From the human T2T-CHM13v2.0 reference genome, Homo sapiens, in NCBI RefSeq assembly GCF_009914755.1, contig NC_060927.1: a DNA stretch of 64,000 bases. One strand, written 5' to 3'. The notes under the pieces are model-generated. The model saw only the letters and a program-made list of their open reading frames with translations, was not told the DNA's origin and did not search any database. Every line of letters begins with the position of its first letter. Position 1 is the stretch's first letter. The position numbers and the translations under genes are program-made. Positions 1 through 14,612 of the stretch are shown here, piece after piece.

Positions 1-517
1 CCTACATCCACAGAGAAGGAGCTGAAGACACGGACATCAAGAAAAAGCTAAACAAGTAGGCCTCACTCAGTTTTCCCTGGTTGATTGCCATTAGATCATA
101 CTCTTGTTCTCCAATCATATATCTCAACAACTGTCCATCTTCATCAAATCTAAGCCTAAAAGCATACGGGTTTACCTGTTATTTCGGATCTTCATTTCAA
201 AGGCTCCCAGGACACTTAAAAGTTATAATAAATTTGTATGCTTTTCCCTTGTTACTATGTCATTTGTTACAGGGGCCTCAGCTGTGAACCTAAGATGGAA
301 AGAATAGACATTTCTTTCCCCTCAATGGCACTTAAGCCTGAATTCTAAGCCACCTCTTGCAGAGTTAATCTTTCCCTGAGTTTTCTCCCATGTATATATG
401 ATATATACATGTTAATAAACATTTGTTTGTTTTTCTCCTGTTAATCTGTCTCTTCTTATAGGGGGCCCCAGCTGAGCACTTAGAAGTGTTAAGAAAAACT
501 TATTTTTCCCCTTATAC
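1..517 (+). mobile_element. Two adjacent/nested MER34/MER39-group ERV1 LTR 3' parts
   Basis: Two similar LTR ends (ggggcctcagctgtgaacctaagatgg...ttcccct at ~325; aataaa...ggggccccagctg...ttcccct at ~515). Confidence 0.65.
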
Positions 518-600
518 CCTGAAGTAAAAAAAAAATTTATTTAAGCTCTTTTTGAAATTTTGCTTTTTACATTTTAAAGCCTCAACCTACCTGGTATTAA

Positions 601-958
<358 letters not shown>

Positions 959-1015
959 TGAAATATAATGCATTTCAAAGTTCTACTTATCAAATTATTT
1001 CCTCCTTCTGCCTTT

Positions 1016-1754
1016 TGAGAAATAAAGTAAAATCCTAAGTACCCCCATGGACTAAATGAACCCCCTCTTGGCCACGGGGACCCCAGAGAAGTCTTAAAAA
1101 CTGAGGTCCTCATCATGATGGAATGGGAGGTCAGTCATGCCATGTTATATACACCGATTCTTGTTAGCTGCCAGTCAATTTTCTTTCCTAACGGTTGAAC
1201 AGAAACCAGCCCTTCGGAGAGACTTGTTCCACCACTGATTTCAATGGACCACCTGACACTGCCAGACTCCCCTCCTTTTTGCATTTCCAAGGTAACTGAC
1301 CAGCATTCCTTTCTGATAAGAGACCACAGACCAGCAACTGGTTCTGGCTGGTTTATAGAGGCTGTGCACAGGATGCCTCTGTGTCCTCTGTTTCACCTTT
1401 TGACATATAGAGCCTAATTTTAATACATTTAAGTCTTAACTCTCCATTCCAAAGTAAACATAGGATGTATGCAACATGAATATCTACTTACTGTGCATGC
1501 AGACATCCCCCTGTCATAGATATTTATAGCTCCTCCTATAATCTGTGAAATATATATATATATATATATACTTAGCCAATCTATTTGCCATAAGTTTCTG
1601 TCTCATCCTTCCCTCCCTCAAAGTGCCTGCTTCCAGTATCTGCTGGAGGCTACAGTTCCCAGGCCGTGGAATGGTCAGTCTGCAGGCTGCAATTCTTTAT
1701 GAAAAGTAAAGCTGTCCTTTTCAAATTTGTAAACACTGTAATTGTTAGTTAATA
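1016..1754 (+). mobile_element. Solo ERV1 LTR, MER50-like
   Basis: TGAGAAATAAA...cctcttggcc start, ~740 bp, flanked by ccttt direct repeat. Confidence 0.8.
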
Positions 1755-1837
1755 CCTTTCTAGTGACTTTTATGACTTCATATATGAAACTTCCATAAAT
1801 GTGAGATTGGTTGTGTTTTGTTCAACCAAAGATTGAT

Positions 1838-1960
1838 GGACTTCACCCCCAGAATTTCTGATTCAGTAGACTTGGAGTCAGTCTCAAGGATTTGCACTTC
1901 TTTCAAGTTCCGCGGTGAGGTTGACAGTGCTGTTCTGGATAGCCTACATTGAGAACAACT
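1838..1960. mobile_element. MER5-type hAT-Charlie relic
   Basis: cccccagaatttctgattcagtag...ttgagaacaact. Confidence 0.7.
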
Positions 1961-3519
1961 ATCTTATGCTAACTGTCCTTGTATGGCTCTTTCCTTGACT
2001 TTGTCTTTATTCCTTTTCTTTCTGACCATTGCTTCAGTGTCTTTGTTTTTCACAAAGACGAGATGTGTTAAATTCTGCTCTTCTTTAAGAAGATGGAGAG
2101 GCAGCTGAAAATTATCTTCCCTAGGGAGATAATTTAAATAACACTTAAAATAACAAGCAATCTATTGGCCTTGCTGTGTAATAGGTGGAGTACTCCTTTC
2201 TGGCTGCAACAGATTGGGTTTTTACTCTTTAACCATTTCACAGACACTGTTGTATAAGGTGTAGTGCAGACATGAGTCCTATAGGGGAGGATAAAGAAAG
2301 GCAAGAAACAAATCACAGCTTGTATTCACGGAGGGGAAAATAAATACTTATTCTGAAATAACTATTCATAGGTTGCTATTCTTTTTTAAAGGAGTTACTT
2401 AATCTGTTTAAGAGTAATTTGAAGACTTAAGGTATATTCCCAGGATTTTGGTACTAGCAGCTTCCTGACCTTATTAGCTATGCCTATAATTTATTCGCCT
2501 TGGTTTCAGCAGATGCTTGCTCTAACTGAACATGATGACTAAGAAAATCTTCTTCAAACTCTGTCTGTTAGCTTTTCAATCATATTTACCATAGAATAAA
2601 GGAAAAAGAATTTTAATTCCCCAGGTAAAATTTCAGATTCATGGGTACTAAGTTAGATCTACGCCTTGAACCTTTGTTTTCTTATGCATTGTAGACAACT
2701 TATTTTTCTTGTTATCGTTCTATTTCAATGGTACATACCAAAGACAATCATGTCAACAAAAACAGGTCCATTATTCATTTGTACAGCAAAAATGAATTTA
2801 TTGTCACCTGTACCAGGTCCTCTGTTAGGCAACGGCAAGAAAATAATCAGCAAGATTGATATATATATTCTCCCCCGATCTCATAGTCTTGCAGAAAAGA
2901 TAGATAAGTAAATGAGCACTACCAATTAAACATGGTCTGATAAGTAACATGATAAGCATGCTCTGGCTGGGGTTGATGGGTCATATGGGGTCTGGCAGTG
3001 AAAGGATCCAACAATGCTTTGGCATAATGAGGAATGGGCACTACACACAAATCAAGGGAACGAGAACCATCTCTACTCACCTCAGGTTTAAGAGTTGGTA
3101 CTCCTCATGCTACCCTTCTTCTGCTCTAATCTGCCAAACTTTTATGATCAATAAATATTCATGAGTATGCATTTTGTTTGGAAACCAGTTTCAAAAGGGC
3201 AAGCCATAGAGACTCACTTCTCCCAGGAATGCTAACTAGCATTCCCTAAAGAAAGAAAGGGAAACAGGTTCTCAGTTTAGATACCAGGAACCACTAATGA
3301 TTCCTGGTAATCACCAGTAATCAGCAGTAAACAATAATAGAAATGGAAATTCGGAAAGACTTAATGACCTTCTAAAGTGGGGCATTTGACAAAGCTTGTC
3401 CGAGAGCAAGTATGTGTGAGGGCTGCTGGGCTCCCTTATCCTTTTCTTTTCTTTTTTCTTTCTTTTCTTTTCTTTTTTTTTCTTTTTTCTTTTTTTTCAA
3501 TAATCCATTTTGTCTACAG

Positions 3520-3666
3520 CCTGAAATTCACAGCAGTGATCAACTGTTGTAAACCAGAATAATAGCATCTTTGGCAGTAATGCTTGCAAAAATAATAGGG
3601 GGAATAGCAGGAGGCCTGCGAGAGCACCCTAGGGGGCCGAAATGCAAAGCTTTCTGCAGTTGTAAG
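3520..3666 (+). pseudogene. Possible pseudo-exon (frame ambiguous)
   Basis: Long pyrimidine tract 3440-3500, tctacAG acceptor, AAG|GTAATG donor. Confidence 0.35.
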
Positions 3667-4330
3667 GTAATGGGATGAAATTCCTCTTGGCCACCTGTGG
3701 TGCAAAATGAAGCCCCCTAAGGGATAAAATCCCACAACAACCTGGCCTGCCTTTACCAGCCTTTACATTCTTCCTCCCCACTTGGCTTTTAGGCTTTATT
3801 TATCATTTTTCCCTTAATAAAATTCAAGTAACTTAAACAGCCCTCCAATAATTATTGTGCTTCTATTTTTAAATGAACATCTGCAATCACAGGAAGTATT
3901 CATAAAACATCAGTCTTTTTTTGATATAACATCTTCTACTCTGGTGCTGTCACCTTCCTTCAAGTCCCTTGCCAAAGGGGTGCCTGAATGACTGACACTG
4001 ATAAAGCGAAAGAATGTTTTAAAAAGGGAGGAAAGAAGAAGATATGTAAATCTCTAACATCACTACACTGTACTATGCTTGCAGACTTCAAAAATCAGAG
4101 GGTTGAAGGTACATGCTATGTGAGAAGAAAGAAAGGTGAATTACCTTTTCTGAGAATTGAAGGGATCTGATCATGAACTGAAATTTTCTGAGTTAATCAG
4201 AAGCCAATTTTAATTCAAGGTAGGGATGATGGTGAGGGAGTGGTTAGAGCTATATTTTTGTATTTGTACATTTTCAGTGCTCTAAAAATGTTTAATGTTG
4301 CTATTTATAAATTATTCTGAATTAGAATAG

Positions 4331-4733
<403 letters not shown>

Positions 4734-5192
4734 TGCATCTTTAGATATTAAAAGTTGAATATGCCTTTACACTTGTGCCTGATCTCCCCACAATGTGAAC
4801 TTGTGGAAAAAATCCAAGAAAAGATAAATCTTTAGTTTCCTAAAGTTTATTTCATTTTATATTATGTAACTACCCCCACTTATCTGTCTTTACACCATCT
4901 AAAAATCAAATATATAAATGTATTTCATAAATGTTCTGAGCTAGGTTTAGTTGCACATGCATTTCATAAATTTATACTGGAGGAGTTCCTTTGTACTGAA
5001 GCTGAAGAAATTGAACAAGGGAATTGATATGAACTTTCAAGAGTAGAGTAAATTAATGCTTTGGTTCTCTGCCCCTGAGGAGCTACATTTGAAATTGGCT
5101 AGTGGTCAGAAGTGCAGGAACTTTTACCAGGGTTAGTTTGGGATATACCAGTTGGTTTAAGCACTAGGCAATTAACATGCTTTTCTCAACAG

Positions 5193-5377
5193 AGTTCCAG
5201 AATATCAATGGAAAAGCAAAGGTGTATAGGGTGAAGGGAAAACTTTTCCTTTGCACTCTGATGGTTATTTGGGGGAATCATTTTCTGAACCCCAATAGGT
5301 GCTAAAGTAGGTCCTGGTGAACGAGCTCTATCAGCAAAGAGAGAGAAACACACAGGGTGGATTTTTATACTATGCAT
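5193..5377 (+). pseudogene. Pseudo-exon (FQNINGKAKVYRVKGKLFLCTLMVIWGNHFLNPNRC*SRSW*TSSISKERETHRVDFYTMH)
   Basis: ttttctcaacAG acceptor, CAT|GTATTT donor; phase-0 exit fits 7018 exon; other frames not excluded. Confidence 0.4.
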
Positions 5378-5653
5378 GTATTTTGTATTTATAGAACATT
5401 TTTCCTTTCAACATCTCAAAATAATTCCAAGCATAGTAATCAGTTGGAAGGAGGCTACTGCTGTGCTAAAGACATTAGGATACTAACTCACTAGATTTAT
5501 TACTAACTCAAGGTCACTCACTATATTGATGTGAAGGTCCAGGGCGTGGAAGTCTCTCTCCGTATATATACAATTAGCTATATCTATCTCTCTATAAATA
5601 TCTATACAGACCTATAGGTAGACAGCTATCTAGCTATCTAGATGATAGAGAAA

Positions 5654-5656
<3 letters not shown>

Positions 5657-5694
<38 letters not shown>
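5657..5694. repeat. (TA)n microsatellite
   Basis: Direct reading. Confidence 0.95.
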
Positions 5695-5698
<4 letters not shown>

Positions 5699-7017
5699 CT
5701 CTACAGACCAAATTGACTAAAATACTGCCATTCCATTCTCCCTGCACCCAGAACCTAGAATTTTCTCAATGAGAGAACCAAGAAGACACTGGAGTAAGAA
5801 CTCAGAATCTCTTCTGGATATGCAAAGAGATGCTGAGAGCTATAGGTGAAAGGCAATGTCTGGGGTTCTTTTTTTTTTTTTAAATCATTTTTAAACCATG
5901 TAATCTATCCATGTATTCTGTTGGGATCAAAGTATTTAATATGGAGAACACAATGTTCTCTGATGATACTCTTTGATTCTAACTTGATTATCAAAAGTCT
6001 TGGAGCTGGAGGACTCTTTCTACCTATCTAGGTCTGCTAAAGAGGTTAGCTCAATATTTAGTTTATAAAGATTGAAGTTTTATTCCTGTGCACAGTGCTA
6101 AGCACATAATAGTGATGCAATGTAAATTTGACAAAATTAAATAAATTATTTATGCAAATGTATCTTTATAGTATCTCATATCTACCAACCTCCACTATGT
6201 AACAATGCTTTATAACACATAAATATAAGGCAACAACAACAATAACCTACCAAACACCTTTGATTCTATTTTATTGCTTCTTCCTTGGTTCTTGAACCTA
6301 TGGAATAATTCTGAGCTGCATCAGTCTAAGGGTTCTTCTTCTGATGAATGTATGCTTTTGAAGGGGTGTTGATCTACTAAGACAAGAAAGCTGGAAGCAA
6401 TATGTCTTGCTTTCGTGATGTCTAGAATAACTTGCAAATCATAATGACATAGGCTGTCTTCTTATTTTTTTAGCTCTGATACTTGCAAAGGTGCCCAGAG
6501 GCTAATAAATGATGGGCAAATCTCATAAATATAATAAATACATAATAACTAACTAAATAAATAATAGATATATAGCTTTACTATTGACTTTCATGAGAGA
6601 TGTGTGTATAGGAAGTAGAGATACAGGTTGACAGTTTTTAAAGTGCTTTATAAAAGGGTCTATTTAAATATAATATATTGCTATTATTCTAAAGGCAAAT
6701 ACACTGTAAGTAAAGGGCCTGTCAGCATTTCTTTTGGAAGTTTACATTCTAAGAGTGTGTAACTCAATCCTAAATTGTGCTGTCAGCTGAAATATGCCAT
6801 ATAAACTTCCAGTGTCATTGCCATTTTTTTAAACATTTGGAATCGCAAAACCCCACATTTTTTTCACATGTGGACATTAATCTAAAGTAGAAGTCAGTAA
6901 TTGCCAATGCTATCAAATTTTATTCCATCTCAATAAGACAATCTTTTTTAAGAAACCAAGGCTGCCAACACTAAGGAGCATACATAATTAGATTTTTGTG
7001 ATTCTGCTTTATATCAG

Positions 7018-7127
7018 TGTTTTGGTGAAATACAATGTGTAGGTGGATGCTGTAATACTGGCTTCCAAGTCATTTGGAGGAAAATAATTATGCCTGGGGC
7101 ACTGGAAAAATTTCAATTTTGAACTAG
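7018..7127 (+). pseudogene. Pseudo-exon (CFGEIQCVGGCCNTGFQVIWRKIIMPGALEKFQF*T)
   Basis: ctttatatcAG acceptor; donor would be mutated (AG|ATATGT); phase 2 joins 7236 exon as RNLWQTSDPK. Confidence 0.4.
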
Positions 7128-7235
7128 ATATGTGAAAGTATTAACAATCACGCCTACTGAGATGAACTGTCTACCGGTGACATTTAAAACTAGCCTATTC
7201 ATTTCTATTCTTTATGGGCTAGATGTCTATTTCAG

Positions 7236-7490
7236 GAATTTATGGCAAACATCTGATCCAAAAGTAGTTATGTTCTTGACAACAAAAAGTGATAAAGAAG
7301 CTGTAGAGAGCAATGAAAATTGATGGGGATAGACAGTGATAAACAGCAAAAGAGACCCATTAAAGGCCAAACGACTGGTGAAGCTGAAGAGAAGGGTCTG
7401 AGAGCTAAATTGGAGTGCAGGTTGGTCATTTCACAGGTGCAATCAGCCAGCTCTTACCATTTCTGGTTTGTTTTGGATTGAAATCTGAAG
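7236..7490 (+). pseudogene. Pseudo-exon, needs frameshifts
   Basis: ctatttcAG acceptor, AAG|GTAACG donor; successive open stretches in three frames (NLWQTSDPKVVMFL..., LMGIDSDKQQKRPIKG..., GAISQLLPFLVCFGLKSE). Confidence 0.45.
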
Positions 7491-7628
7491 GTAACGTATT
7501 AGAGTTTGGGTCTGATGTGATTCTGTGGTTGTGAGAGGAAAAGAAAGATCATGACCTGTGTTTTCAGGGAACTTAATATAATAAAATCAGCAACTTTCAA
7601 GTTAAGGTCACAGAGCATTTCTTACCAG

Positions 7629-7664
7629 GATTGAGCAAAATGAAACTGAATGAGAGTGTCACAG
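7629..7664 (+). pseudogene. 36-nt pseudo-exon (LSKMKLNESVT)
   Basis: tttcttaccAG acceptor, consensus CAG|GTAAGT donor, open in phase 1-1. Confidence 0.55.
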
Positions 7665-7885
7665 GTAAGTTTCCTAGTGGAGTATGGGATTCTTAATGAC
7701 TTCTGACTTTTAAAAGAATTTTGTAATTTTCTATTCAGATATTAGGGACTCATATTTAGTCAGCGTTTTTTTTTTTCAGCATAAGACTGAAAATACAACA
7801 CGTTGGTGTTTTAGAAGTGAATTTAAGAATGTGTTTCCCTTTCAGCAAACAAAAATATGACAAAATCATATTGGTTTTCTAGTCT

Positions 7886-8294
7886 TGAGATCAGCTAAAT
7901 CTGGGTTCTTGTCCCATGACCAGGAAAATTTAGGCACATAGTCACATTGAAGGGTGAGGAGGACAGAATTTATTAGACGAAAGGAAAGCTCTCAGCAAAG
8001 AGAGGGATTCTCCAAGCAGGCTTCCCCATCACAGATAAATACTAGGCCATGACACATGAGCTAAAGATGCCAGGCTCCTCCCCTGCAAAAGGCATGAATT
8101 CCTGGTGGCTTCACACCATTTCGCCAGTGGATGTGGGCCTCCAGTTCATTGAGGGCATGTCCAGGCAAGACCCTGTGCAGGCTCCCAAATCTGCACAAAA
8201 ATATCTGGTGTAAACACTTGTTGGGGGGGGTTGGAGATTCTCCAGGAACCCTTCCTTATCTTCCTAGGCATTTGTTTGCCTCCTGCCTCTATCA
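7886..8294 (-). mobile_element. Solo ERV1 LTR, MER83/MER61 group
   Basis: TG...CA ends on minus strand, AATAAA, 4-bp TSD gtct. Confidence 0.8.
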
Positions 8295-9363
8295 GTCTCA
8301 TCACCAAAATGCAAATAAAAACTGAGTGGAGAAACTTTTTGTTCTCTTCTCAAAAGTAGGTAGAGGGAGTGCCTACTATCATACTGGGCATTTTGTGTAT
8401 TAGTTCATTTAATTGTTCATATAGCATCTATCTGAAGAAGGAGTTATTTCCCCTTTTATATAGATTAGAAAGGTTAAATGCAAAAAGGTCAAAATTGCCT
8501 GCCAGGTTCACATGAGTAGTAAATTATCAGAAGTGGGCGTCAAGAGGAAAATTCCATCTTTGCCCTCTGAAGATTTGCTAAAGAATCAAATCACAAAAGG
8601 CAAATTCATTAAAAAAATTCATACATGTTTATTAATGTGTACATAGAAAGAATCATAGAGTGATTTCCTATCCCCTCAGTGGAGTTCAGAACCTTATGTA
8701 CAATTTTAAGTTTACAGAAAGAATAAAGGCTTGGATCCTGGCAAAACAGGTTATGGTGACAGAATGGGCTACTGGAGGGAGGAGAAGAAGAATTCTGTTG
8801 AGAATTCTGTTAAATGATTTCTAGGGAGAATAAATGGAACTGGGAACAGAGATTAACTTGTAAATAGTTCCCTTTGGAATTTGAATGACCCTGAAAGACA
8901 GACATTATTTTATAAAAGGGTCTGTTCAGATTACATTTTTGTCTTTGGTGGGTCCAGACTTTAGGCAGATAAAGGGCTTAAGAGAATGACTTTATCCTGT
9001 AGTTTAGGGAAGACAGAGGATTGAGTGATGGTGGGAGAGAGGGAGGTTAGTGAGACCTTAGAGGCTTCTTCAGTTCTGCATGTCAAAGTTTCACATTTTG
9101 GGTTACCCATTTGTGATCCCTAACATTCCTCTGTCTGAACTTTTCTAGAAGTTTCACACACTAAACTGAGTTGGTAGCTGTGAAGAGAAAAGTTGAGTTA
9201 ACAGTTGAGTGCAATGTATCCCCTTAAAGCATCTTTCATTTCAAGGAATAGGCCGGTCCCATTAAAGAGACATGTTTCATTTCAGGAGATGTTATGGTAT
9301 TCTGAATCTTATGAGGTGGGAGAGTACTTTTGGTTAAAAAAATCAAAAGCTGGAAATATTGTG

Positions 9364-9847
9364 ACAAATTAGTCACAATATTAGAAATTATAGTTTAGGA
9401 GTCATGCAGCTGGAGGCTACAAGATTCTGATTCTCCCCAAATTGTTCCTGGGGATAACATCATTATTGTAAAACCTAAGATCAGTGCTTGAGATATTTTG
9501 CAGATCCTACACTTGATGGATCAACTGGCACCATTCAGATGCATAAACTGGTTCATCTGATCTTGTGGCCCCCACCTAGGAACTAACAGCACAAGAGAAC
9601 AGCTTCAACTCTCTGATCTCCAACCTAACCAAGCAGCACTCCCAACTTACTGGTCCCTACTTACCAAAATATCCTTAAAAACTCAGATCCCTGAATTCTC
9701 GGGGATATTGATTTGAGTAATAATAAAGCTCTGGTCTCCCGCACGCCTGGCTCTGTGTGAATAACTCTTTCTCTATTGCAACTCCCCTGTCTTGATAAAT
9801 CGGCTCTGTCTAGGCTGTGGGCAAGGTGACCCTGTTGGACAGTTGCA
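9364..9847 (+). mobile_element. LTR8, 5'-truncated
   Basis: Matches 3' two-thirds of the LTR8 copy at 49611-50324. Confidence 0.88.
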
Positions 9848-9848
9848 A

Positions 9849-9915
9849 TTTCCTGGCTGGGAGTCAAACCCTGGCTGCAACAGTGAAAGCACAGTTTTAA
9901 CTATCAGACTATAAG
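9849..9915 (-). pseudogene. Degenerate tRNA-Glu(TTC)-derived segment within ERV internal region
   Basis: Minus strand tagtctgatagttaaaactgtgctTTCactgttgcagccagggtttgactcccagccaggaa resembles tRNA-Glu. Confidence 0.7.
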
Positions 9916-12448
9916 TTGCAGAACTGTAGTCCTCAGACTACAGCCTTTATTGTTAATCCTGCAGAGAATCTAAAGAAAGGCAGTTTGAGTATAGAAAAGA
10001 TTTTAAATTTGTTTTAGGTCAAATTTTTGCCTTTTAATTTAGTCAAGAGAACTTTAAAGGCTAGTCATGACACTATTATGTGTCTTTGTTTTTAAATTTT
10101 GATTTTTTCCATAAATTCAAATAAGGCAATTGTTTAGAATAAGGTACTCTAAAATTACAATTAAAAAAATTTAGAGGTCTTTTTAATTTAAAGGATCTAT
10201 CTTTGCCCGTTGATTAGAATTTTCCATTATAATATTGTAATTTTCAATTACTATAGTGACTCAATCCAATAGCCTCTTCATACAAAGCCCAGGTACTCAC
10301 ACAAAATTCACCTCCAGGAATAAGCTAAGATAGCAAAAGAATCTTGTTGTTACAGATGGTTAAAGGTGGTGTTTGCCTTTGGTTACTCATGAATTTGTAG
10401 GGACCCTCAGACCCATTAATTTGTGACACCTATTAATTAATAGGCCCTTCTGGGATGGGACTTTCCCAGCACCAACCAAGCAACAGGGGTTGAAATGACA
10501 GAAGCCCCTTATGGATGGGACTTATTAAGAGAAACTTTCCTGAGAGCTTGACACAATCACAACAAAAATTATTGGGTTACCAGCCATTTTCAAACTGGCC
10601 ACCTGAATGACCCCAAAATCACTCCCTTTGGATTGAGGAGTCTCAAGAGTGAATGCTCTCACTTGGTGACAATTCTCAAAGACATAAAACAAGATGAGAG
10701 AGAACTTTATCTGGTACCCTTCTTCATGATAGAACCACAAAGAAAGACAATGACGAAGGAAAAGATCATTTATAGGAGTAAAGGGATCAGCAATATGAAT
10801 ATGCATACCAAATAGTACCAAAAAGTGCACCAGAGTTGCTACCCCCAAGACTAGTAACACAAATTCTTTTCTCTCATTAATCAAAATTTTGGAGGGGAAA
10901 AAGAAGTCAACAGTGATTTTTGCCATCTGCTTGACTGGATTCCATCTAGAAAGAGAGGCTAGGAACCTGTCTGATAAGAGTTTCTTAACCTTCTGCCAGC
11001 TTGTCAGGTCCTGGGTTCCCTTAACTTTGGCTTCCAAAAGAGTAGAGCCTTGGTATCCCGCTCTTAGGGTCAAAACTGTAGGGGCCAAGGGAAAAACTTC
11101 CCCTCCTCTCTCTGAAGGTTCACGGAAAAATCGACTCAGAAAAGGCAGATTAATTGAAGAAAAAGCAAACAAATGTATTAACATGAGTGCATGAGGACAA
11201 CCACCGAGCAATTACCCACCACTTCCAGTGGAGCTCAGAACCTTATATAACCTCATGAGCTTACAGGAAGAATAGGGGCTTGGATCCTGGCAAACAAGTT
11301 ATGGTGGAAGAACAGGCTATGGTAAGAAGAGAAGAGGAATCTTGTTGAGGGGCAATAAATAATGGCTAAGGAGAACGAATGGAACTGGGAACAAAGATTA
11401 ACTTATAAACAGTTATCTTTGGAATTTGAATGAGCCTGAGAGACAGGCATTATGTTAAAAGAGTCTTTTCAGGTGTGGTTACATTCTTCTCTTTGGGGGG
11501 TCCATACTTTAGGCAGATGAACTTTAGAGAACAACTTCACCCTGTGGTTTGGGGGAGACAGACAATTAAGAGTTGGTGGGAGATGGGGTGGGTGGTCAGA
11601 TAGACTTTGAAGCTTCTTCAGTTCAGCGTGTCAAAGTACCATCACTTGGGGTATCAGTTTCTAAGCCCCACCACAGAGATAAGTCTTTCTGGCATCAAGT
11701 CCATTCTCTTGCTGTGAAAACATATCATCTTCCATAGAAAGTGTCAATCTGATATGTTATTTTTAGGATTAGTAATTTTCTCAAAAAATTAAAATACTCT
11801 GATGATTCATATTTCAGCTGTTATCCATTAGTGTATACTAATCAATGCATAACACTTAAGGTTTTACAAACTGGCTTTGTAAATTCCAAAGCTGAGACTC
11901 ATGACACTCTTGTTGATTGACAAATAAGATTGTTAAATGCATCAGGGCAAAAACGTTGTCTTCTACTTTTTTCTAGTAACACTTCTATCCTCAACTCTCA
12001 GCACACTGCTGGGCTTGAAGTAGGTTCTCAAAGAAAGTTTCTGATATATCTAAATGTCATCTAATAGCATTTGAACATCCATAAAGATAAGGACATTTAT
12101 GTAGCTTCTTTTATATCTACAATGAAATATGAGCTCTCTTTATTTTATTTTACTGTAGGATGCTGGGTATGCCTGTGTTTTTCTTTGGGACTGTGATCAC
12201 CCAATGGGTTCGTCCTGCTTGCTGCACAGACAAAACCAATTCACTGAGACCTTGGTATTGCAGTAAAGAAAGAGTTAACTAATGTGAGGCTGTCCATGTG
12301 GGAGAAAAGAGTTATCACTCAAATCAATCTCTGCAAAGGCTTAGAGTTTAGGGCTTTTCAAGGATAATTTGGTGGTGAGGGGACTAGGGAATGGGTGCTA
12401 TTGATTGTTTGGGGATGCAATCATAAGGGTGTGTAAAATGGTCCTTGT

Positions 12449-12729
12449 GGGCAAGGCATGGTGGCTTATGCTTGTAATCCTAGCAATTTGGGAGGCCGAG
12501 GTGGGTGGACTACCTGAGGTTAAGAGTTTGAGACCAGCCTGGCCAATACGGCAAAACCCTGTCTCTACAAAAAATCCAAAAATTAGCCGGCCATGGTGGC
12601 ATGTGCCTGTAGTTCCAGCTACTCAGGAGGCTGAGGCAGGAAAATCACTTGAACCTGGGAGGCAGAGGTTGCAGCGAGCTGAGATCATGCCACTGCATCC
12701 CAGCTTGGGCAACAAAGCAAGACTCCATC

Positions 12730-12760
<31 letters not shown>
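12449..12760 (+). mobile_element. AluSx-like
   Basis: Full dimer plus long poly-A. Confidence 0.93.
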
Positions 12761-13060
<300 letters not shown>

Positions 13061-14612
13061 CAAGGTCTTTATTCACCTCTAGGCTGGGAACCAGAGAATG
13101 GTTAAGTCATGAATCACAAGTCTGGATGGGGTCAGTCGGAAAAAACATTTTAAAAGACTAATCCCAGGTTCTACAATAGTGATGGTATCTATAGAAACAA
13201 CTAGAGAAGTCCTCAGCCACATGAATCCTAAGCAATAAGAATTTATAAAAACTACACCTACATTTTAGTATATTTCAGACCCCTTCTATAATCCTACTCT
13301 TGCAGCCTTTCATTAATTTTACAAAGGCAGTTTTTGGTCCCTGAGTAAGCAGGGGGTTAATTTTAGTGGGGGACTATTATCATCCTTGCTTTCAAGTTAA
13401 ACTATAATCTAAATTCCTCCCGTGGTTAACCTGGCCTATGCCCAGGAATGAGTGAGGACAGTCAGCCTGTGAGGCTAGAAGCAAGATGAGTCTGCCATGT
13501 TAAATTTCTCTCATTGTCATGATCTTTACAAAGGCGGTTTCAGGACTTGTGTTTGAGTTAACTTGCCTCTCCCAGGAAAATGCTTGGATTATCTGTTGGC
13601 TTCTCTTACACACAAGCTTCTGGATGAGCTCAAAGGAGGAGCTACAGGTAGAAAACTCCTTTGCCCAGCCAAAGGGTTAAGAGCAGAGAAGAGAATATCA
13701 ACAGAAAGAGCACATTTTGCTTCAGGGTCAAAGTGGCTTTATGGCAGAGGCAGAGCGACAGGCGGTTCTAGGATATGAAGCACCTGCATGGACCCTCTAC
13801 AGACCCTCTGTTCAGTGAGGAGTCATAGAAATAGGAATGGACCTCAGGATTGTACGAGAAGAAGATGGGAGCCAAACATAGCAATTTAGGTATGGAATCA
13901 GGGATCAAATGGTTTATAGTTTTTCCAACTAGTCCCTGACTCCCCACTAACCGCTTTTCTGAACAAGCCTTCCCTGGCATTTCACCTCTTAAAGGTATCT
14001 ACAGAAGTCACTTATTTCCTTCTCAGACCCAGTCAGAGGAGTTGGGAATTTGTCGTTGATTCCATTGCTCTGTGTTAATTATGAAGACGTACTAGAGATA
14101 CAAATGTTTACCCAACCAATGGAAAAATATCTCTCAGACTCAATGTGTGCTAAAAAAAAATAGTTTTCCTAACTACTAAATTTATATTACTAAAGAAAGA
14201 TAATTATATCAATATTCAGTAGTTAAAGTCTCATTTTACAGACTTGTGTCAGCTTTTCTTTTCCTCTAACATCAAATGGTACAACAATTTGAAGAAATAT
14301 TCTGTACAATTTAAAAATTCAATCCAAAAATGGGATAGCTTGAATTGGCACAATATCTCTTTTAGCCATCTATTCTAAAGTCATTTTTAGAAAGTTCTCA
14401 GTGTTTTCCATTTTATGTATTTTCATTCGTGATTGCTCTTGAGTATGGAAAAATAAAATCCCTCCTGTGTGGAAGCCTGATTGCCCATATGTGACTGTCT
14501 AAGAGTCAGTCTTAGACATGACTAAATGTGACTGTCTAAGAGTGACCAGAACTAGTTTTGGTAAAAGGGACACTCAGGTCATTGTGGTTCAGACCTGAGA
14601 CTCTGACTCCAG

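Larger units (their letters stand above)
8537..11674 (-). mobile_element. Internally deleted MER4-group (MER101/PRIMA4/MER34-like) provirus inside a MIR
   Basis: Two homologous ~590-bp LTRs (8537-9125, 11077-11674), purine tract next to 9126, non-coding internal leader; MIR-like sequence on both flanks. Confidence 0.8.

Noticed and set aside
10525-11211. 228-aa minus-strand ORF
   Set aside because: Spans LTR and non-coding leader of the MER4-group provirus; no recognisable gag motifs.
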